DNA from: Epiperipatus broadwayi
Lineage: Eukaryota; Animalia; Onychophora
Direction: 5' to 3'
Assembly: GCA_028023455.1 (NCBI GenBank)
Contig: JAQFVV010000003.1
Location: forward strand, 26,350,001-26,414,000
DNA length: 64,000 nucleotides
Shown: in pieces, positions 54,621 to 64,000 of the stretch
How positions within the stretch are numbered: position 1 is the stretch's first letter
Layout: every line of letters starts with the position of its first letter
Notes under the pieces: generated by a model
The model's database searches: none
Told to the model about the DNA's origin: nothing
The model's input: only the letters and a program-made list of their open reading frames with translations
Program-made: the position numbers and the translations under genes

Positions 54621-57179
54621 ATTTTCAGCAGGTTTGGTTCCTTGAATTTAGAAAAAAGCCATTTTTTAACAACTGTCCTTTTCCCCCCAGTTTCCCCCAT
54701 TGTCTAATAAAACGTTTTTAAAATTGAACTTTATATACAAAAATATAAAATTCATATATATTAATCAGTTATAGAATACTTATTTTTGAAAATAATTTGT
54801 AATAATTACGTATATGAAATTGTGGGTTGGCAGAATTTCAGAGTAATAAAGTAGGACAAGGGATTTCTGTTTTTAAATCGAGACATGCATGCTGAAATCT
54901 GGATGGATGGCCGCCCTATATACAAGTAGTTTTTTTTTATCATTTTTGACAAGTAATTTTTTTATATATATATAATTAATAAGCGATTTTTTTCCCAAAT
55001 GAATAATATAAATTGAAACTTTTCAAACAAAAATAGTTAATAATAAATTAATGAATTAAAAATAAAACTTTTGAAATATTAAAATACGAACAATATATAT
55101 AAAAAACGATGTATTTTCTGCATTTTAACATTTGAATTCCCAGTACATTTATTTTCTTTGTGCATTATCCAAATCATTATGTATAGTTTGTACTTTTTGT
55201 ATTACAATAAAAAAAGAAAACGAACAAAAACATTATGCACTCGCATTCAGTAACTTATTTGATATTTTGGATAATTATGAAATATAAATAAATTCAATTA
55301 AAAAAACAAGGAACAACTGAATCTCAAAGTGGAATATTTCGTAATCTATATTACATTATTGGGGGGGGGGGGGAATAAGTATTTACAAAGTTTCATAAAT
55401 TATTTATTTTTAAAAAAATCATTAAGAATTATTTATCAAATGCAAAATAAAGTTACTTAAGGAAAAACTATTTACTAAATAAAATTTTTATATTAAAATA
55501 TTGAATAGTAATTTTGAACTGTAATGAAAATTATATGTGTTTGTGTTATATTAAATAAGATAAAATGCTATATGATAATTTATCTTGTGTTGAAATTTCA
55601 TAGAACCACTTGAAAGAACCCTGATATGTCCTACATTAAAATCCTTAACTAATGTACTGACTATTGGCCTTCATCAAGAAGCATTTGGATTATTGTCTAC
55701 AACTTTTTTGAACCCAAACAAATTTGCTTCTACGGTTATATTGATGTGATATTAAGCTACAATTATATATTATGATGGCCTCAATTGTACATTTATTACA
55801 GTTATTTTTGTTAAAATGTCAAACAAAATATCACTTTACCACTTTATTTTCAAAAACATCTGTATTAGAAGCAGTAATTCATTTTACGTTTTGAAATAAA
55901 ATAGTCGATTACTATTTCTAATGCAGGGAAGATTTGTAATACTTTGATATATAGATAAAATACTTTTATTTCATAAATATATACAGATTAATAAGTCTAA
56001 TTGAGTGAGCTGCCTTTTTTTTTTTTTTAGCAGAGATTGGGTTTATAATAAAAAGTAAAAAAAAAATATTTTCTTAAAATTCAAAAAAGTCATGGAGCCA
56101 AAGATTTCTAATTAATGATAATTAAGATATTTTATCAGTTTCCATAAATATATTTATAGATTTTTGTTTTATTTTTATTTCAACATGTGTAAAGTAATTT
56201 ATATTTGTCATATTTCTATCTAAACTAAATTGTGTTATGATATTTTGATATATATATATATTGATTTGTTAAAGAATTTCAGATTGTTTCTTTGCACTTT
56301 TTTGTTAGGGAATAGATACTATGCAATCTGACTTTATTCTTCAGAATTTTAAATATTTCAGATCATAGTAAAATAACTTTTATAAACAATTTTGAATAGG
56401 TAATTACTTAACAGAAAACAATTTATTTTTGCTCCAAGGCAAATAGATCTTTTAAAAAAAAAAAAGATTGAAGATCGATAAAGATATGGGTGGCTGATTT
56501 GCATTGTTAGATAACAATGATTTTAAAGATAAAATTTCTTTAGAATCAAATAATTGAAAGTATGCAATTTTAAATTATGATTCCTAGAGAGAAAAGAAAA
56601 TATAAATGGATTGATATTATGAAAATTATAAAATATAAATAAATTGATAGAGTTACTTAATTTACTTGTTATCCTAATGATTTTATTCCTTCTAAAGTTT
56701 TTTTAAATCTGAAGTTTTATAAAAGTAATTTTTCTTTAAAATATATTTTTGAGTTTACAGAACAGAATGTTGATAAAATTTCTTGCAAATTTTTCTAAAA
56801 ATTGTATTAATTTTAGTCAGTTTTGTGTCTTTTTTTTTTTTTGAAATTTTAATTAAAATTAATGATTTTATTATAAAGGATTATATTTTTGTTAGTTTAT
56901 ATATTGAAAATATCTCTCAATCTGTTGATATATTAAAAAGTATTAATGTATTTCTTTTGTTTTGGGAAAACATGAATATTTTTCTGCTGATAAGATTAAA
57001 GTTATTCATGATTTGCTTTTATTATTAGAGGATTCAATGTATTTCATAAATAATAATGTTTTTATAAAATTAAAGTAGGGAGGGTTTTCTGTCTACTTTG
57101 ATTTTTTTTAGAGAATAATATACATTCTTATACTATAAGCAGTTTCTAAATAAAATAGACCCAATTTGTCATGCCTGTT

Positions 57180-57560
57180 CTAGAGGAGAGGAGACCTTTA
57201 ATCATTCTGTTAAATATATGTCCAGGCTATAACAGTATTCATCTCTCAACACTGCATTATAGCAGTGGATAAAATCCTGGACATCAGGGGTTGTCTCTTC
57301 TCTGGAGACTTTACAGTTATCAGGTTATCTATCTTCCTGACCTACGCTTTTTGGTACACAAGGTGCAGGACAAAGTTCACACAACAAACACCGGACCCCA
57401 ATGCTATATTTTGCGATAGGCTCAAAGCTCTTCAAAACAAGGACAAGATACTATCCTCTAGATTTTTGTTTAATAATACATGGAGCCTACTAGTATGGCC
57501 CACAGACTCTACATGAATTTTGGACCTGCTTTATCTACATTGTAGTGTATTGTGGAAGAA
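57180..57560 (+). mobile_element. L1/Tx1-like LINE 3' fragment
   Basis: AFWYTRCRTKF..TPDPNAIF..RLK, the same C-terminal motif as the L1 copy at ~32690. Confidence 0.55.
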
Positions 57561-57949
57561 GTAGTCTATGTTGCAACATGTTGGATTCTATTAGAGAGGC
57601 ATTGATTTCACACTACATGTATCCCAGCTGATAAGTTAGCATTATTGGGTCAACCTCAAAAGGGGTGGGCAATACCAACAAAATAGTACGTATTTACTCA
57701 TATATCAACCTGCTAGTGCAGAGAATGGTTCTGGCATACATCTACCAGACCAACGTCAGCAATGGATGAGCCAACATTAACTAAGTGTATTTATTATTCA
57801 TCTGTACAATTTTATTATGTCAATAAATATATTTTTAAATAATATTATTAATCATTTTTTAGTTGTTTTTTTTTTTTAAATTATTGATTAAATCTGTGAT
57901 TATTTTTATTTGTTATTGAAAAAGATAAATTGAATAATTTTTTGATAGA

Positions 57950-58780
57950 ATAAATGCTTTTGATTGTAAGATTATATTTACTATTGAAGGGAGAAGGGGT
58001 ACTTTTGATTTTGTTAACATTTTTAGATTTAAATGTAGATAAAGTTGATAATATTTTACTTTGTATCATTTTATTAAAGATAAGAATGTTAAAAATATGA
58101 TAAGGTCTGATAGTTATCAACTCTTTATTCATAAAAAAAAATTTCTTTATTAAATGTTTGTTATAAGGATAAAAGGCTTAATAATTTTGAAAGTTAGGCT
58201 TATATTCAATGAAGTCAAATTGCTTCTGTTTATAATTAAAATGAATTATAATCATGATTTTATTAAGAATATTATATTTAATTAAAATATAAACCTAATT
58301 TTAATGTTGATTTGAAAAGAGCTCATTTTTTTACTATTTAAGTTTTCAATTTATAGATTAACTTATAAGAATAATCATTTATTGAATTGGTGTGAAAGTT
58401 TCTTAATGAAAAACCTGGATTTAAATTCATTATTGAATAGTTTAAAATAGTCCATTGATGATAAATGTATTGGTATAGTTTATAATTTTTTTTATAATTA
58501 TAAAATTTATATAGGCCAAAGTAAATTAAGTTTTAATGAAAGTTAAATTTTATAAGAGTAGAATTAAAAATAAATATCACACTTGGTTTTGTATATTCAT
58601 GAATTAAATATGGGTCATAAAATATTGTTTAATAATGCAGAGATTATCTTTTATTATATATATAAAAATTCTAAAAAGAAGAATTTATAGAACTCCAATG
58701 ATAAATCTTCTGGAATTGTTACTATCAATCTTATGAAAACTTTCTTTGATATTAAAGTAGGTAATTTTGAAATAAATTAA
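57950..58780 (+). mobile_element. Decayed Penelope-like element (RT C-terminus + GIY-YIG endonuclease)
   Basis: FTIE..G...FLDL, I.SDS...HK, NY..DFIKNII, then in-frame GIVY (58472) ... KIYIGQSK (58508-58519) and H....F.NAEII. Confidence 0.75.
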
Positions 58781-60010
58781 GGGATTTTGGGTCCTGTTTA
58801 TATATGTTTGTGTGTGTTATATTTGGTTAATTTTCACATGAGAAAGTTTATTTATTTTTTTTTTTTTTGCTAATGCTTAATGTTTTATGTTTTTCTATAT
58901 TATTGTATAAGTATATATCATGTAACACATTGGATACATGATTAGAAAATTAGAGTACTAAAGAAAAAAACCTCCAAAGAAGGTCATTTCAAACACCCAG
59001 TAATGTATAAATGAAAATATAGGAAAATATAAAGAAAATTAAAAGCAAATTTTTATCATTTAAAAATTAATTATATATGCATTATATTTTAGATAATCAA
59101 CTATGTTATAAATCTCTCTTCAATCATTAATCCTAGTTTTTTTATTTATTTTGCAAAACAATTACAATTAGCATGACATCATTTCAAAATCATCTTGTTT
59201 TTGTCTTGGCCTATCTTTGTAATCAGGCTTATTAAAGTTTTATTTTTTGTCTGCATTTTCTAAAAATGTATTTATATTGGAAGATGTGATACATTTAGAA
59301 AAATACTAATTCCAAAGTCTATAATAATTTTTTAGACTAAACATTATCCAATAATGAACAATATTTCTGAGTGTAATTTTTATTATACCACTCTTATACA
59401 GATGAGAGATTATCCAATAATGAATAATATTTCTACAGTGTAATTTTCATTGCACCACTCTCATGCAAGATAGGAACTTGTTTCTATTTGCTTTGGAATG
59501 TAATCATAAACATATGACCAAAGACATATGAAAAAGATTATGATTCCCAAGACACACATTTCATACTGAACCAGCACTTATTAGTTGACCCAGACCACAA
59601 CCTCTTACACATATCTTTATCATTTGTTCAGTAAATATATATATAGCAAATTACTGCAGTTTAATTGATGTGTCAAACATGCTGCCCTCACAACTTTGAC
59701 ACAAATCACTTAATGAAAGTATATTAAAACATTTTATTAATCATTCTATGGCTAAAGATTATCCAATAATTAATAATATTTTTGTAATGTAATTTTCACT
59801 ATACCACTCATGCAAGGTTAGGGACTGTTTTTTATCTGCTTTTAACACCTTGTGAAGAGATGTAATTATAAATATATGACCAAAGATGTGTGAAAAAGAT
59901 TTATGATCCCCAAGATACACATTTCATGCTGAACTAAGACCACAATTTCTTATCCATATTTTTATCATTGTTCAGTATATATATGGATAGCAAATTACTA
60001 GTTTAATTGA

Positions 60011-60412
60011 ATACAAGTATAATGTATATACTGAACTTTAAATGTAATTAGAGAGGATTTGAACACAGATTTTCAAGCTCCCTTCAACTATCCACTCCAT
60101 CTTATATAACTGATGTGCATGACTACATGAATATTTTTATTATCAGATTTTCAATAATATGGATGGCTGAAGAGTTGGAGATTGGAGAAGATTGAAGCCT
60201 GTCCATTAAAGTTTGAAGATTTATCTTAAAATAAATAGTACTGATTATATGTATGCATAAGAAATAATGATCTGGACCAATTGATGAATGCTGATTCTAT
60301 ATTGGAGATCATTTATCTTTTTTACATTATGTGGTCATCTGTATCAGTTATATAAGATGGAGTGAATAGCTGAAGGAAGTTTGAGAATCTGTGTTCAAAT
60401 CCCCTCTAACTT
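60011..60412 (+). mobile_element. Nested ~400-bp HHR-bearing insertion with inverted ends and 12-bp TSD
   Basis: tagtttaa(t/c)tga at 59999-60010 and 60413-60424; inverted arms 60047-60123 / 60334-60410; partial HHR at 60272-60306; homologous to 36240-36500. Confidence 0.75.
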
Positions 60413-60757
60413 TAGTTTAACTGATGTGTCAAACATGCTAACTTTACAAGTTTGATACAAATCACTTAATGATGGCATATTAATAATTTTTATTAGTCAT
60501 TCATTAGATTAGAGATTATCCTATAATAAGTAATATTTTTGGAGTGTAATTTTTACTACATCACATCCACACAAAGTAGGGACTGGTTTCTATTCATTTT
60601 TAACACCTTGTGGAGAGATGTAATTATAAACATATTACCAAAGACATGTGATAAAGATCTATAATACCCAAGATGAACATTTCATGTTAAACCAGCACTT
60701 ATCACTTGGTCCAGTCCGCAATTTCTTACACATATCTTTATCATTGCTCAGTATAAT

Positions 60758-60858
60758 TAGGTAGGTAGGTAGGCAGGCAGGCAGGTGGTTGGGCAGGTAG
60801 GTAGGTAGTAGGTATATAGACAGACCGACAGAGATAGAGAGACAGACTGATAGATAGC
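60758..60858. repeat. Compound (TAGG)/(CAGG)/(GACA) microsatellite inside a family B unit
   Basis: Directly visible; other units have a short (TA)n here. Confidence 0.9.
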
Positions 60859-61402
60859 AAATTACTACAGTTTAATTGATGTGTCAAACATGCTGCCCTC
60901 ACAATTTTGACACAAATCACTTGAAATATAAATAATTTTAATTAGTCATTCATTAGTCTGGGGATCCAATTATTTCTGTAATGTAATTTTCACTACACCA
61001 CTCTCATAAGATATGTGTAAAAAATTGTGATCTGGGCCAACTGATAAGTACTGCTGCATGAAATGTCCATCTCGGTGATCATAGATGTTTTAGATCTTTT
61101 TCATATGTCAATTTTTTCACATCTTTGGTCATATATTTATGATTACATTCCTTCACATGGTGTTAAAAGTGGACACAAACTAGTCCTACCTTGTGTGAGA
61201 ATGATATAGTGAAAATTACACTATTCATTATTAGATAATCTCTAGTCTAACGAATGACTAATAGAAATTATTAATATACTTTCATTAAGTAATTTGTGTC
61301 AAAATTGTGAAGGCAGTATGTTTGGCAGATCAATTAAATTGTAGTAATTGTTATGTATATATATTGAACAATGATAATGATATGTGTAAGAGATTGTGGT
61401 CT

Positions 61403-61450
61403 GGGCCAACTGATGAATACTGGTTCAGCATGAAATGTGCATCTTTGGTG
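61403..61450 (+). ncRNA. Type I hammerhead B7 (best preserved family B copy)
   Basis: ccaa-ctgatga-atactg(gtt)cagcat-gaaa-tgtgc-atc-tttgg; one mismatch in stem II, AUC triplet. Confidence 0.7.
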
Positions 61451-63149
61451 TCATTGATCTTTTTCATGTCTTTGATCATATGTTTATGATTACATCCTCC
61501 ACATTCCTATCTTGCACGAGAGTGGTTTAGTGAAAATTTTACAACAGAAATATTATTTATTATGACAATTCCAAGTTTCATTTATCTTCTATCTCTCTTA
61601 GCTTTTAAAGTTTTAAAACTAAGAAAAGTCTATTGTTTGTTGTTGTTTTTTTTCACATTAGTATAGATTTTTTTCTTTTGTATATTGCATTCTCAGTTTT
61701 GAAAACATATTCATTAAAGAATATTGTAATCGCAGCATTGAAGCATTCATAACAAAATGAGATTAAATACTAATAAGAACATTTAGGAGTTTTTATATAT
61801 GTAGGCAAAAATGAAAAAGCTCTAAGTAAAGACCTAATTCTGTCATTTCCAGCACTTGAACTTTATGAAACCCAAGCTTTAAACCATTTGATTATTTTAT
61901 TGAATTAAATAAGTAATAGGTAATTTTTGATGATGATGATGATGATGATCGTATATGACCAGTCCTCATTTAGAAACATCCAATCTGTCATTTAAATCAA
62001 ACCAGCTTTAAATATGTGCATGCACATCCCCAAAAAGAAGAACTATTTATATTGGGATGCTATCTCCCTCTCGATAAGAGAACCAATAAAATTACATGCA
62101 TCTATAAATGTTACAAACCAACTACAGAATTTTATTCAGTAAAAAAATAAAATCCCTCATTATTTGAAAACATGAGATTGAGATATTCAATTACAGTGTA
62201 ACTATTCAATAATAATGATTTATTTATAAGAATAATTATGCACTTTACAGATATATTTGTTTGATATAACCAGCATTTATGTACATGAATAAATCAAGAT
62301 CTGTTTTTGAGGACATATTTTCAGTTGCTAGTTCAAATAATTTAATTATTAAATAACTTATTTTATATATGTATGTTTTCTTTCACATTTAATATATATA
62401 TTAATAACTTTGAATACCTTATGAAGTAAAATCATTTTGGTGAGAATTTTGAGAAGTAATGTTTTCTTTAAATACAAATACTCTTCTGGCAGATGTCAGC
62501 TTACTATTTTAATCATTTTCATTTAACTGATTAAAAATATCATATTTACCTTTGATGTACTTTAAGATAATGTTCTTGGCATAAGGTGAAATAAATAAAA
62601 AATGCTGAGTAAATCAAATGTTATTTTAATAACTAGTCCACCAAATATAAATACCAAATGATATTTAAAAAAAGAACTTGAATATAAAAGATAATTATAT
62701 ATTTTAATACAAATTAATATTGATGTTAGATTTTTGTTTGTTTGTTTGTTTAGAATTTAAAAAATAAACGAAGAAAAGAAACATATGTATGTTCTTGTTT
62801 TTATATGAGTAGAAAAAGAATGTAAATAACAACAGAAAGACCCTCATAGTATAATATTAACCGATCTGCTTGTCATAACCTGGGCTTGAATTCTGGCTGA
62901 AAAAATATTCACATTTGAAATATTTTTTTTAGATTCCAATAAAGTTCAACATTTTTCTTTCAAATAACTAAATTTAGGTGATGCTATAATTTTGTTATTA
63001 TCTATTCTTAACTAGAGAGTGAAACAAGAATGTACTCTTGTCATTTTGAAATTTTATTTTATTTTTTTCCAAAAACTTTGGATACAAAAAAATTACAGAA
63101 AACCTGATTGTCTTAAAACTGCGGAGCTAAGGGTCTCTAATCCTTTGGA

Positions 63150-64000
63150 GAGTTGGTTATTTCAGTTAAAAGTCTATGGAAAATTCAGTCCTGCAAAATT
63201 CACTTTATGTCCAGGATTCCACATGTAGCCATTCGGGGGCTAACATGCGATCTCTGAGGCAAAACCCTTTTAAAAGCTTTATGAAGTATTTCCAATATAT
63301 TTAGATTTGAGTCACTAAAAATGTATTTACATCTGACTAGCCAGATTGCAAAAGAAAAAAACACAGATATTCTGATTTTTGAAAAAATACCTGACTTTAT
63401 GGCATTTTGTATAAATAGGACATCTCTGTGATCATGGGAGACCTTTTTGTTGATGAACGTCCTAACTTGACCAAGAGCTGGACATGTATGGATGATATGG
63501 GTGATGGTTTCATCTGCCAAAGAACCCAGCTGACACTGGGGGTTGAGATTGTTGAAGCCTCTTTGCCACACAAGAAAGTGGTTCATTGGTAGAGAGGAGA
63601 GGTTGCATTTCAGCAAGAAGTCTGAATTTGGGTTCTGGGAACCACCTTTTTTATTTCTTTATTAGTAGTTTATTAGTTAGTCCTATAGCGTTATGCAGTG
63701 GCAGTAGATCTGGATGTTTCAGTTTGTATGTCTCCCAGTAAGTGGTCTTTCTATCTTGAACAGGATTTATCAAATTTGTAGTGGAAGTCACATAGTCCGA
63801 TAGATCAGTTAACCACTTGCTACATGAAGGAGGAGGGGTGTCAGTGGAAGTTACAGGCAGCGCTGATGTCAGGTTGACTTGTTTAAAGCGAGTCAATCTA
63901 ACAACCGCAATTGCCTCTGTAAGTACAATATGGACACTGCGTGGAGACCAAGCCCATTTAGTTCTCTTGGCATATGTGCTTTTCTTATGCTTATGGCAGC
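63150..64000 (-). mobile_element. L1/Tx1-like LINE post-RT region (zf-RVT), continues beyond the window
   Basis: PRELNGLGL; SLPMNHFL...PQCQL.S.ADETITHIIHTCP; FAIWLVRCKYIF (ORF 63200-63616). Confidence 0.85.

Larger units (their letters stand above)
59336..61570. mobile_element. Older hammerhead tandem array (family B), ~350-370 bp units, inversion at ~61008
   Basis: Repeated unit; HHR or remnant on minus at 59547-59588, ~59908-59940 (core deleted) and 60668-60709, on plus at 61037-61075 and 61403-61450. Confidence 0.85.

Noticed and set aside
57880-58700. Possible mitochondrial insertion (NUMT) because of extreme AT content
   Set aside because: Translation shows Penelope RT/GIY-YIG motifs instead of mitochondrial genes

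Overview
Very AT-rich, CpG-depleted eukaryotic (probably invertebrate animal) DNA. I could not support any host protein-coding gene, so it reads as intergenic or a large intron. The ORF track is mostly spurious or made of decayed transposon frames. The window holds many old retroelement remnants: L1/Tx1-like, CR1/L2-like and RTE LINEs, two Ty3/gypsy elements, a Penelope-like element, tRNA-derived SINEs and palindromic MITEs. The main signal is a cluster of about 18 hammerhead ribozyme (HHR) motifs from several families. (1) A young 3.5-kb array at 22758-26276 has ~430-455 bp units. Each of its 8 HHR-bearing units carries a type I hammerhead with a palindromic minimal stem III. Six copies lie on the minus strand and two on the plus strand, diverging from one inversion point, and the whole array is bounded by a 13-15 bp direct repeat. 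This fits a non-LTR retrozyme (circular-RNA-forming, non-autonomous retroelement) inserted as a multimer. (2) An older, different HHR tandem family (~350-370 bp units) at 59.3-61.6 kb has the same divergent inversion architecture and sits next to a Penelope RT/GIY-YIG remnant. (3) There are also scattered solo or decayed HHRs. All folds and alignments were done by eye; none were computed.
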